Assembly (NCBI RefSeq): GCF_018350175.1
Contig: NC_058368.1
Span: forward strand, 46,006,001-46,070,000
DNA: 64,000 nt
Direction of reading: 5' to 3'
Source of the DNA: Felis catus
Taxonomy: Eukaryota
In this document: piece after piece, positions 37,693 to 50,203 of the stretch
How the letters are laid out: each line of letters begins with the position of its first letter
Numbering within the stretch: position 1 is the stretch's first letter
Program-made: the position numbers and the translations under genes
Notes under the pieces: model-generated
Seen by the model: only the letters and a program-made list of their open reading frames with translations
Told to the model about the DNA's origin: nothing
The model's database searches: none

Positions 37693-38806
37693 AGGTATGA
37701 TTATCTTTAATAATTTATATGTCAAAACTCTGCTAGGTCATTTCATCTTTTAATCCTTTCTAAAAAATGTAATGATAAATCTTTATTTAATATCTTCTTC
37801 TTTAGGATTTTTTTCTATACTTGACACATACATGCAATTACCCATTAATATTAGTGAAATAATAATTTATGTGCATTCATTGATAGAATAAAATTCTTTG
37901 TATCATATTTTCAAATACAGGGTTATCACTTCTGGGGATATATTTGATCAGAGCAGAAAAGCAGTCTGATAAGTAACAGTTTGATTGATAATACATTGCA
38001 ATTCATAATTGATATAATCTTAGATCTGTCAGCTCAACAAAAGGTCACTGAGAAATTTGATGGGGGCTAGAGCTTGGGATAAGTTGGAAATGATATTGCA
38101 TCATGTAAAGAAGGAAGATACTGACACAAATCTACTAATTCATATTAAATTAAAAATATCTTGGAAAGCATAGTAATTAACAGCAAGTTCCTAGAACTTG
38201 ACATTCTACACAAATGTCACTCCCCGGGGTATGACACAGGAATTAGAGTGTCCTTTCACTGTCAGACTGATATATACCACTGAAAGAGTGCTGGAGAAAA
38301 AGTCAGATCTTGGTGACATTTGGGATTTAAATAGTAGATTATCACATTTATTTCTGTTTCTGTCTTAGGAAAATAATTCTAAATCTTATGCTCTTCTGTA
38401 TATTCCTTTGCATTAAAAAGAAATAAAAGTGTTGGAGAACAGCTGAAAGTGTTTTTACAAAGCTCCCTGGGAAATGAGGGGGAGTTAAAGTCGTATTTTT
38501 ATCGTATTTGATCACAATATTTCATCCTCCAGGAAGGAAAAAAATTTCCCCCTGAAATACCACCAACATTGTCCCAATAAGCCTCCAACCTCTTTCCATT
38601 CTAAAACTATGTCCACTTGTATATAGAGAGACAGAGCATCAATCACCAGCTAGCCCCAGCAGTCACATCAAAAACCAGCCTAAAAGATGAAGTCTGGATC
38701 TGTTACAACTGGCTGTTAATACCTAAATTCCTAATGAGCATGATCAATGTTTATTATTCTCAATCCTCTTTCTCTCACACATACACTATTAGTGAAGAAC
38801 TCTTGA

Positions 38807-38807
<1 letters not shown>

Positions 38808-38853
<46 letters not shown>
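38808..38853. repeat. (CA)n microsatellite
   Basis: Direct reading. Confidence 0.97.
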
Positions 38854-38855
<2 letters not shown>

Positions 38856-39479
38856 AATAAAACACCCCCACACCCGTGTGTTTGAAACAAACATGTAGAT
38901 AGGGAAACCATTGTTCTAAGATATTACATCCACAAAATTTATTGTGCCTCACACTCATATTTATACTGCTCACTGCCAAAACAAAGACTTCCCTATCTTA
39001 ACTAAATTACAGTCCTTCATCCCATAATTCTTTGTGTATCTGTTTCTTTGACCCAAGCTCTCCACACTTGCTTCCCTCTTGCACACTCCTGCTATATTTC
39101 CTGAACTCTGGGTCCGTGTTCTTCATACTCTTCCCCACTTTAAACTCTTCTCTACACACTGCCATGTGTTAGCAAATAAAACTGGCTTCACCATATGCTT
39201 CTTACATGAAACTTTTCTTTGCATTTGGTCTGAAAGTGGCATTAATGTCATTTTTTTTCCTATTCATTGTCCCAGACCACTAAGTCGCCATCAGTTTTGT
39301 GAAAATTCCTACTACTCTGAACTTCATTAGGCTCGTTCACAGTATCCCTCTTTTTGCTGTTATCATATAGGGACCATGTTATTCACATATAATCTTTGAA
39401 GATAATTGTAATTGTTTTCTCTAACCCTCCATACCATCATGAAGGTCTTTCAGGGCCATAGTAAATAAACAGCCATCTG

Positions 39480-40830
39480 TCTGATCTCTCAGCTCCTTGC
39501 TTTCGTTGTCTCTAGGGACTTTACTTCCACTCCACCTGTTCACTGCTAAGGATTTATTCACCACTACAACTCATTAATACAGTCTATGTTCTCTTTACAC
39601 TACCAGTCCTTATCCCTTTCCCTCACTCAATCTCTCTTTAATTGAGAAGCTAGCAGAAGGAAATTTTCCCCTTTTTACCGCCAATATTCTACAAAGCCAC
39701 CCTCAGTCACACTAATTTTCTATACCTTCCATATTCTTCCCCCCAATGTAAAGAACTATCCTTCTTCCTAACAAAAGTGAGAACTTTCATATTTGTTCTG
39801 GATGCCAGAACTTCCTATCTCTTGAAGGTACTGTGTTCTTTATCTCTTCACTCTTCTTTATTTTCAACTTCTCAGTTTTTATGGATCCTTCCCATCAGCA
39901 TTTATACATCATCTTGTATATCCCACATAAAGCTCTTACCACTGCTCTACCTCTTTTATAAGTCCAACCAGTTGTTGACTATATACACTGCCTTCTCTTC
40001 TTCATCTCTCATGAATTCTTCAATAAGCTTTTATATTGATTTCATTACCAACATTTCATTGAAACTGCTATGGCTAAAGTTCCTACAGATTTTTTTATGC
40101 TATGATCACTGAACAACATTTTTTATATCTAATTTTACATGACTACTCAGGAATATTCTATAGAGTTAATTCCTACTCTTTCTTGAAAATACTCTTTTCC
40201 TGACTTCCATGGTACATTATTCTTCTAATTTACCATTTGTCCTACCTTTGTCAGTCTCTTTCATTATTCATTTTCCTTTGCCAATTCTCTTAGAATTACT
40301 CAGGTTTGATCTCATGACTCTCTTCCTTCTTAGGATTAATAATATCCCAAGTGAGTTCTTTACTTCCCACATTTGGACATTATCTATGTACCAGTGGTTC
40401 TACATATTATTTCCAGGCTAACTTTGGCTTTTGAACTTTGGACTCATACACATAGAGGACTACTTGGAATATTTTCTCATGCATCTCAGTTGATCATAAA
40501 TAAAACTGAATTACTAACCCTCCACTTGAAATTTGTTGCCTCTGTGTGTTTATTTTTAATAATCTCAGAAAATGGCATTGTCATGTAATGTGTCGTAGAA
40601 AAAACCATGAGACAATTGAAACAACACTCTTTCTTCCCAATTTCACGTACCAAACCCTGTCAGTTCTACATTCAAAATGCTTTGCAACTCATCCCCTTTT
40701 TTCCGTTTCCTTTGCTACCACTTTGGGCCCACCTGAGATGATGTATTCCTTGATTATCACGAGAGCCTTCCAACTTCAATCTACATTTCTCTCTCAATGC
40801 TTCTAATCCATGCAACTATCTAATTATCGT
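39480..40830 (+). mobile_element. Long degraded L2 body
   Basis: Pyrimidine-rich L2 motifs, e.g. CTTTCTTGAAAATACTCTTTTCCTGACTTCCATGG, TAAAACTGAATTACTAA. Confidence 0.7.
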
Positions 40831-41398
40831 AAAGATCTAGATATATATACGCAAGTACCATTTTACTTATATATAAAGTATGAGTGTACACTTTCTTACT
40901 TATATTGTATTATATATACATACATACATATATATACGTATGTATATATAATACAATTGTGTACTTATGAGTTTTCTCACTTAATATAAAAAAACATATT
41001 GCCAATGCTTGGGACACCTTAAGATAGCTTTCAGTCCCTACACTCTCTCCTAACAGCATAAAATAATCTTGCCTGTTGTATTCTTTACCATTTGTATATA
41101 CAGTTATCCATCGCTACACATGAAATCCCTTTCCCCAGAAATGAAGTTTCAACACCTAAGATTTGTAATTCCTAAAATAAAAACGAACAACTTCTAGATG
41201 CTCCCCACAATCGCATATTCTCTATTTCTGAGCAAAGAAATGTAAGCCAATGAGTGAGAGTGAGCAGTAAACAAAATAAAAATACACAATAGGCCAAAAT
41301 AATGGCTCAGTAACTGGAAAGCCTTTCTCATACGTAAAGTTACACTTTAAGTCTTATTGAGCCTTGCTTCTTGTTTCATCATTTATTGTATTACATTT

Positions 41399-41606
41399 AT
41401 TTTTTTTAATTTTCACTTTTATTTATCTGACAGAGACAAAGCATTAGTTGGGGAGGGGCAGACAGAGAAGGAGACAAAATCCAAAGTAGGCTCTAGGCTC
41501 TGAGCTGTCGGCACAGAGTCCGACATGGGACTCGAACTCACTAATGGTGAGATCTTGACCTAAGCCAAAGTTGGAAGCTCAAACCATTGAGTCACCCAGG
41601 GGTCCC
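41399..41606 (-). mobile_element. Can-SINE
   Basis: TSD TATTGTATTACATTT (41384-41398, 41607-41621). Confidence 0.95.
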
Positions 41607-42385
41607 TATTGTATTACATTTTAAAACAGAGAGTGAAAATGAGTTTCCTTCATGTCATTCATATCTAATATGGGATTAACATCAGTATCACCTTCATATT
41701 AATTTAAATTGTAAAAATGTTTTAGTTTTTTATCATAGTGGCAATTAAAGAAGTTGTACATAAAATAGCTTTAGAAAGGAGAGAGTGAATAAAATACACA
41801 ATTAGAAATTTTCTGGGACAGTGATATGAATAAAAATGATGATAAAGCCTATATAGAGAACTAATATGGGCTAACTACAGATTTCCTGTCCAATTCCTTA
41901 CATACTGTGCATTTATATCCATTACTCAAATTCCTTCTTCTATTGGGATAATTTAACCTACTCCCCAATGATGAAATTGTTTGGGATCATCTCAAGTTAT
42001 ACTTGAAACCTAGAGGAGACTATAAATATCGATCTACACAATTTAGAAGCCAGTCAGAGCTTTTAATTTATGCCAATTTTATCCAATTCAGGATAATTGT
42101 GCATTATTAAGTCTTTACTAATCAAATGGGCTTTTAGTTTGGCCCAACAAGAAGGCCTTGGACAAAAAGAGTCAGACCTGAAGTCCAATTGGCATGTCAT
42201 TACCAACCCAAACCCCTGACTAGAGACTGAAATATATTTGCAATTTTTCATTCAATAAGTAACTGCTGAAAACTCAATGAAATGAGCAGTCTCAGTTGCT
42301 GCCTACTACTAGGAAGACAGAGTCGGGAATATGAACTCACACAAGTTAAGTGCCTGTTTTTATAAAACCCAAAACTTATTAGAGA

Positions 42386-42602
42386 TTTTTTTTAAATTTT
42401 TAAACGTTTATTTATTTTTGAGAGACAGAGAGAAAGGAGCACGAGTGGCAGAGGGGCAGAGAGAGGAGATGCAGACTCTGAAGCAGGATCCAGGCTCTGA
42501 GCTGTCAGCACAGAGCCCAATGCGGGGCTCAAACCCACAAACTGTGAGATCATGATCTGGGCTGAAGTCAGATGCCTGACCAACTGAGCCACCCAGAAGC
42601 CC
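42386..42602 (-). mobile_element. Can-SINE
   Basis: CAGGCTCTGAGCTGTCAGCACAGAGCCC…GAGCCACCCAG. Confidence 0.93.
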
Positions 42603-44050
42603 TTAGGGAAGTTTTTTCTTTCTACAGTATAATATTTCTACATTTCCTATAGTATATCATTTTCTTCAGCCTTTTCTCTTAGAATTACTCAGGTTTGATC
42701 CCATGAGTCTAACCTACAGTGTAGAATTTCTATAGTGTATCATTTACACTGCCCAAAATATATTTTAAAAATCACTGACATCTTGAAGAAATGGGAAAAT
42801 GTGATCTAAAGGCAAGAAAAAAAGCAGTAAAGAGAAATAATCCAAAGATGACCTAGATACTAGATTTTGTAGAAAATATGTTAAATTATCTTTTTACTAT
42901 ATATAACAACATAAGGGAAAATTTGACAATAATTAATGAATAGCCAAGATTTTCAGCCTACAAATGGAACACGAAAGACAAACCAAATGGGAATTCTAGA
43001 AAAAAAGCAATGAAATATTTGAAATGAAATATTAACTAATGGACTTAACATTATGCAGAAAATAAAAACAAAACAAATGCCCCATGAACCTAAAATAGAT
43101 GAAAGGAAATTATCTAATCTGAAGGATAGAGAGGAAACGTATTGAGAAAAAAAATGAACAGAACCTCACTGGGGCCTCACACAGTCTATAATGTATGTAA
43201 TTGAAGTAACAGAAGGAGAAGAGAGGGACAAGAACAGAAAAAAAAATAAAATCAGTATGAAAATGTCCGAAATTTCATGAAATTATAAACTGATGATGCT
43301 CAGAGAACTCCAGGCCAGATAGGTACAAAGAAAACTATGCTTAGTATATTCTAATAAAACTTTTAAAAAACAAGGCTAACAAGAAAGTTTTCAAAGTAGT
43401 GATTGAGAAGAAGAAAATATCACATAATGAAGGAAAATAAATAATAATACATGATACATTAGGTAGATTTAATTGTTTATAAAATCCTTTTCATGAAGAA
43501 AACTCCAAAACTAGAGTGTTAAACTTGAGAATTATATCAAACACTCAAAGAAGAATGTATCAATATCATAAGGTTTTCCCCCATAACATGCTGTATGAGA
43601 GCACCATAATCTTAAGGCATATATATATAGTCACCTTTATGAACATAGAAGCAAAAATCTTTAAGAAAATATCAACAAATTGAATCTGAACCCAGCAATA
43701 TATAAAAAGAATAATACTTGATATTCTAGTGGGATTTATTCCAATATTAAAAGATGGGGTTATTTTTAAAAACCTAATCAGTATAAATCGTCATATTAAC
43801 AAATAAGAAACCCATGTAATCATTTTAATAGATACATAAAAATAATTTTGATAAAATGCATTCATGATAGAAGTTCTCAGTAATCTCAGGATTATAAAGG
43901 ATCTTCATCAATTTGATAAAAGAGTATCTATAAAAACCTGGGTATATGTCACAATTATGTAATATTGAATGTTCCTCTCCCAAGACTAAAAACACTAAAA
44001 TAATGCTCTCTTAACTCTTCTATTCAATATTAAAATGAAGAGTCTATCTA

Positions 44051-44248
44051 AGGGTGTCTGGGGTGGCTCAGTTAAGCATCCAACTCTTGGTATCAACTTC
44101 TCGGCTCAGATCATGATCTCATGGTTTGTGACTTCGAGCCCCACATCAGGATCCATGCTGACAGTGTGGAGCCTGCTTAAGATTCCGTCTCTCTCTCTCT
44201 CTCTCTGCTCCATCCCCCACCAAAATATATAAACTTAAAAAAAAATAA
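44051..44248 (+). mobile_element. Can-SINE nested in L1
   Basis: Head, CT tract, A tail; degenerate TSD AAAATGAA…TCTATC. Confidence 0.9.
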
Positions 44249-45030
44249 TAAAATGAAAGGGATCTATCCATTACAATAAGGCATAGAAGAGAAGTAAAAA
44301 GAATGAAAATTAGAAAGGGAGAAGTCAAACTTTCTCCCTTTGGAGATAACATGAATGCCTCCACAGAAAATTCTAAGAAATCTAAGAATAATTCTAAGAA
44401 TTATTAATACTCATAAAAGTATTTAGCAACACTGTGAGACTCAAGATTACAAAATCCAGTTTTATACCATCAAAATAAAACATGCAAAAATTTTAAAATG
44501 ATATAACAATTATATCAAAAATATAAATAATTGGCAATAACTTAACAAAGGACATGTAAAAATTCTACAATGAAAACTATAATATTTTGTTGAGGGTAAT
44601 TAAAGAAAGACTAAAAAACTGTAGATATATACCATATTCATGAATTAGAAAACTATATATTATTAAGAAATAAATTCTCCACCAATTAATATTTAATTCA
44701 ATTTTATCTCAGTCTTCATCTGAGCAGACATTTTTGGAGAAATAGACCAGCTGATTATAAAATTTATATGCACTTCTAAGAACATAAAATAGAGCAATCT
44801 TTAATAAAATAGTAAAGCTTGGATATTACATTGCCCATCTTACTATGACACTATAATAATCAAGACTGTATAATACTGGCATAAAAATTGACTGGTAGAT
44901 CATTGGAATTGAACTGGGAGTCCAGATATAGGATTATATTTCATTTTTACAAAGGAACCAAAGTAAAGAAACCCATTGGGAAAGTAAAGTGTTTTCTAAA
45001 GGTAGATCTATAACAACTAGTTACCCGTAT

Positions 45031-45225
45031 AACGAAGAAGAGAAGAAAAAAAAGAGAAGAAAAATAAGGAGAAGAAAGACCAGGAGTGAGATAAGGAGGA
45101 GAAGGAAAAGAAGAAGAGGAGGAGGATAAGGAAGAAATAAATGTGAAGGAAGGAAGAGGGAGAGAGGTGAGGGAGGGGGAGAGTATGGGGACAGGGTGAT
45201 ATAGAGAGGAAGAAGTGGAAGGGAC
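45031..45225. repeat. Purine-rich (GA/GGA) low-complexity tract
   Basis: Direct reading. Confidence 0.8.
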
Positions 45226-45280
45226 AGCTTTGATCTTTATTTAACACAATACACAAAAAATTTGAGATCAGTTCTAGATC

Positions 45281-45473
45281 TTGACTTATTTGCTTAAAGT
45301 TTATATATTTATTTTGAGAGAGAGACAGAGAGAGAAAGAGAGAGAGAACCCCAAGCAGGCCCCACACTGTCAGCTCAGAGCCAAAGTGGGGCTCAATCCC
45401 ACGAACTTTGAAAATATGACCAGAGCCGAAACCAAGAGTCAGATGCTTAACTGACTGAGCCACTCATGCACCC
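45281..45473 (-). mobile_element. Can-SINE nested in L1
   Basis: GAGCCACTCATGCACCC end; degenerate TSD AGTTCTAGAT / AGTCCTCGAT. Confidence 0.9.
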
Positions 45474-45617
45474 TTAGTCCTCGATTTAAAAGATAAAAAA
45501 TAAAGAAACCATGAAAATATTTTGCTTACTTGGGGTACCCTAATCAAAAAAGAAACAGAATATAATAATCATTAAAGAGAGAAAAATAAATTATGCTATA
45601 TCAAAATTGAAAGTTTC

Positions 45618-46292
45618 CATTCACAATAGCTAATAGGTGGAAGAAGCCCAACTATTCATCACCAGATTAAGGGGTAAATAAAATGTGGTATACACAATAC
45701 AATGGAATATTAGTCATAGAAAAGATTGAAGTTGTGATACATGCAGAAACATGGATGAAACTCAAAAATATTATGTTAATAAGTAAAATAAGCCAAACAG
45801 AGATAAATATATTATGTTATTCCTGAGGCACCTGGGTGGCTCAGTCAGTTGAGTATCCAACTTCAGCTGAGGTCATTATCTCATGGTTTGTGAGTTTGAG
45901 CCCCGCATCGGGCTCTATGCTGACAGCTCAGAGCCTGGAGCCTGCTTCGGATTCTGTCTCCCTCTCTCTGCTCCTCCCCACCCTCGCACTCTGTCTCTGT
46001 CTCTCTCAAAAATAAAAATTAAAAAAAAATATTCCATTATACCTTTTATATTAAATATCAGGAATAAATAAATCCGTAGAGTCCAAAAAGCATATTAGTG
46101 GTTGCTGGGAGCTGTGGAGGGTGAGGAAAAGGGGGTAACTGCTAAATGGGCATGGGGTTTTCTTGTGGAGTGATGAAAATGTTTTGGAACTAGATACAAA
46201 CATAACATTGTGAATGTACTGAATTCCACTGAATTGTACCTTCTAAAATGAATAATTTTATGTTATATAATCTTCATCTCAGTTAAAAAAGA
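45618..46292 (+). mobile_element. Second L1 3' end (L1MB-like) inserted in the older L1
   Basis: 3' UTR …GTGATGAAAATGTTTTGGAACTAGAT…CACTGAATTGTAC…; flanked by AATTGAAAGTTTC / AATTAAAAGTTTC. Confidence 0.8.
45825..46027 (+). mobile_element. Can-SINE nested in the nested L1
   Basis: GAGGCACCTGGGTGGCTCAG head; CTCAGAGCCTGGAGCCTGCTTCGG. Confidence 0.93.
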
Positions 46293-47449
46293 TGTAAAGA
46301 ATTAAAAGTTTCTGCTCACCATGAGGACATCATTCAGAAAATCAAAACAGAATCACAGTCTGGAAAAAAAATACTTGCCATATATATATATTTCTATCCT
46401 GGATATACAAAGAACTTCTACAACAATTATTATTATTATAAGAAGACAGATAACCCAATTAAAAAAAAAACTGGTAAGACATACGAACAGACACTTCAGA
46501 AAAGGCAATGTACAATGGTTAAAAACTGCATGAAGAAATGGTCAAAGGATTAGTTACCAGGAAATTGCAAACTCAAACCATGATGAGTTACTACAACATG
46601 TCAATTAGCACAGCGAGAATTTTTAAAAAAAGGAAAATGCCAAATGTTGGCAAGAACATGGAGTAATATAACTTTTCATACACTGTTGATAGGAGCAAAA
46701 CTGAACTAATACTATGTGCAATGACTGGTAGCATTGTTATTAAAAAAATAAATTATATTCCCTGTGGCTCATATATTCCACTCCTAGGTTTCTATTTAAG
46801 AAAATTAAATGCAGCACACATAAAAAATAAGCGAATGAACAAAAAACTACTTGACCAAGAGTGTTCATAGCAACTTTATTTATAATGCCCCCAAAATGAA
46901 AAGAGCCCTGATGCCTCTTTAGATAGAATGGATAACCAAATATAAGTATTTGCATATTCACACAATAGAATATGCCACCAAGCAGTAAAAATAACCAGTC
47001 TTCTAATACATACAGTAACATGGATGAATCTCCAAATGATGTACCATGTAAAAGGGAAAAAAGAATAAAAGCTTTACCTAAAACAATATAGACCATAGGA
47101 TTCCACTTTTATGAATTTCCAGAGTAGGCACAACTAGTCTATGGCAAAAAAAAAATCACAGCAATGGATGCCTCTCTGGAGGTGGAAGCAACTGGGAAGA
47201 GGTAAGAGGGAACTTTCTGGGGCAATAATAAGAGTTTGTACCTAGAAGAGGTTTGGGTTACACAGGCTTATGCATTTGTTAAACCTTTTATTAACCTAAG
47301 AACTCAGACAGAATGTAAATTGTCATAAACACTTTAAAATCCATATGTATTATTTCATATTATTGAAGAACTGTGTGTTCTACCAACTAATTAATTGCAT
47401 CCCCAAATATGTAACCATAGTAAATACATCTTATATGCAACAGGATATA

Positions 47450-47965
47450 CGTATGAGTATATTCAAAGAGGGGCATCTAGGTGGCTTATTCAGTTAAGCG
47501 TTGGACTCTTGGTTTCCGCTCAGGTCATGATCTCACAGTTTCGTGAGTTTGAGCCCAGTGTTAGGCTCTGTGCTGGCAGCTCAGAGGTTGATTAGGATTC
47601 TTTGTCTCCCTCTCTCTCTGCCCTCCCCTGCTCATGCTCCCTCTCTCTCAAAATAAATAAATAATCTTAAAAAAAAAGAATATTCAAAGAAGCATTGTTT
47701 ACAATTGCCTGAAACTGGAAACAACCTAAATGGTCATCAGTAGTGGAATAGATAAATAGGTTGTGGCATACAGTGAAGTATATAACAATGTAAATGAATC
47801 CACTAGACCTCCACCCAACAATGTTGATGAGTCTTACAAATATAATTTTGAAAGGGAAAAGCAAGACACAAAATACAATTACAGTGTGATTCCATTTTTA
47901 TGAGTTCTGAAAACAAGAAAAATAAACTATATTATTTGAAGATGCATTCATAAATTCTAAAATTA
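47450..47965 (+). mobile_element. Old L1 3' fragment interrupted by a SINE
   Basis: GCATTGTTTACAATTGCCTGAAACTGGAAACAACCTAAATG…GAATAGATAAAT. Confidence 0.75.
47470..47677 (+). mobile_element. Can-SINE
   Basis: TSD ATATTCAAAGA on both sides. Confidence 0.94.
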
Positions 47966-48185
47966 TTTTAAAGAAAGCAAGAATATTAATGAACAACTCA
48001 ACACATTCGTAGGAGGAGATTGAGAAACACTATACATTGTGGGAAAGCTACTGAACTGCAAGCAATGTCTTAATTAGTCACCTTCTTGATATTTACTTTG
48101 GATGGGTGTTATGTGTATAACATTTTAATCTGTAACACTCATTTTAAAGTGAAAATCTTTGGTTAAAACTCTTATCACATTCTTT

Positions 48186-48399
48186 TTTTTTTAATTTTTT
48201 TTTTTACATTTATTTATTTGAGAGAGACAGAGCACAAGTTGGGGAGGGGCAGAGAGAGAGGGAGACACAGAATCCGAAGCGGGCTCCAGGCTCTGAGCCA
48301 TCAGCACAGAACCCGACGTGGGGCTCAAACTCACGAACCGCGAGATCACAACCTGAGCCGAAGTCGGACACTTCACCAACTGAGCCACCCAGGCGCCCC
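48186..48399 (-). mobile_element. Young Can-SINE (SINEC_Fc-like)
   Basis: CpG retained; GAGCCACCCAGGCGCCCC end; TSD ATCACATTCTTT. Confidence 0.96.
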
Positions 48400-49977
48400 T
48401 GTTAATCACATTCTTTCATTACTTCCACAAACTTGTATTATCTTACTGCCTAATGGAAATTAAATGGACACAATGTCAACATGTTTCTTTTTTTAAAAAA
48501 AGCATAATTAAAAAATAGCTACAAAGTTATACATGTAATATACATATATATATGTATATATATAGGTTGACATATTCTCGTGATCTATATTAACTGCTAA
48601 AATACATACCACCATATTAACGTTAGAATAACACTTAAACAAAAAAATCAAAACAATATTTTACTATTCAGTGTGCTAATCTGTAAGTCTTTTGTAAAAG
48701 AGTTGAAAGATAGCTATTTTTGCTTTGTCAGCAAATTTGTTTCCTCAGGTTGTATACTGGTTACCACCTTGTTCAAAACCAGCTAATAATTTTAACACAC
48801 CTTTTTTTTTTAATGATTGTCCATTAAAGCTCGCTTTAATACTGGTTCATTTGCCTAGTTTTGTCTATATGTGTCAGATTTAGTACTTTTAAATGTTAAA
48901 TGGAAGAAATCAAGTATAACTTTGAATGCTTGGTATTTCTGATGACAACACCAATGCTAAGATTATAAAGGGGGCGGACTAGGGAGTTTTCACCACTGTT
49001 GTTCTCTTTTCATAGGAAGAGGGCCAGCAGATAAACTACTTTCATATCTACTAGTTTGGCACTTCAATTCTATTCTTGAACTGATGGCTGTTTGACATTC
49101 CATGATGAATGGTATGTGGTCAGCTATTTCAGATTTTTCCGTTACTAGAATTACATTTCTAATGTAAGGATGGGTTATTATTAGCTAAAGCTTTTATTTC
49201 CTGGGATTAGGTAAAATGAAAAGGGTTATTTCTGTTGATACACCCCATTTCACATTGCAATGCAACTACTCAACTGAAAACGTCCTTAGATTTCTATTTG
49301 AATGGTCAAGAAATGGCTGATTATGTGCTATTGGCCTTTAAAGGGCCAGTGTCACTTGTAGTCAAAACAAAGTTATTCATTTAATAATTCTATAGTCTTA
49401 AGAGCTATTTAAATTTTCTTTCTTGAAATTTTTTTGTAATAGTACTCGAAGATTTCAAGATATTTTTTTTAATTATTATATTTTTTAATTATTTAATTTT
49501 TTAACAGAAACACTATATTATCTTTGGATAATGTCACATGAAATTTTATATTCATATGTAAAAACAATACTTGCTTATGACATTGGCTAGATTCACTTTT
49601 ATTCATCATTTAGAAATCATCTATATTTAGAAATATTTATAAGCATCTGCCCTTATTCAGATGTATTAACTTATTCAATAGCATGCTGCTTGCCACTGAG
49701 AAAGGATACAATTGATGCAAAAAACACCAAGGGATTTTTCATAGGGGTAAAAATGTAGTAACATGGACTATGGTGAAGATGGTTTATGAGAATAATAGAT
49801 ATTCCTCTGTGGGTGAACAATGCTTTAGCTCTACAACTGCCATACTTAACACAGATAATTGGGCGCACATAATGCTAACACTATTAAAAATCATCACATT
49901 CCTCCTGTTGTAGACAGGGGTACAAATGGGGTAATGCTATTTTTCTTAGGTCTTTTTAATCTCTCCTTACTTTTTAA

Positions 49978-50203
49978 TTTTTTTCATGTTTATTTATTTG
50001 TTTTGAGAGAGAGAGTGAGAGCGCACACGTGTGCATGCATAAGTGAGAGAAGAGCAGAAAGAGAGGAAGAGAGAGAATCCTAAGCAGGCTCCACACTGTC
50101 AGCACAGAGCCCGACGCAGGGCTCCATCTCACAAACCTTGAAATCATGACTTGAGCCAAAATCAAGAGGTGGATGCTTAATGGACTGAGCCACCCAAGCA
50201 CCC
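49978..50203 (-). mobile_element. Can-SINE
   Basis: TSD CTCTCCTTACTTTTTAA (49961-49977, 50204-50220). Confidence 0.95.

Larger units (their letters stand above)
42740..47340 (+). mobile_element. Ancient L1 (L1M-type): ORF1-like, deleted ORF2 and 3' UTR, with nested insertions
   Basis: A-rich; ORF1-like TAATTGAAGTAACAGAAGGAGAAGAGAG; RT-like CTTATGAACATAGAAGCAAAAATCTT and TTTGGAGATAACATGA; C-terminal TNRHFRK. Confidence 0.8.
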
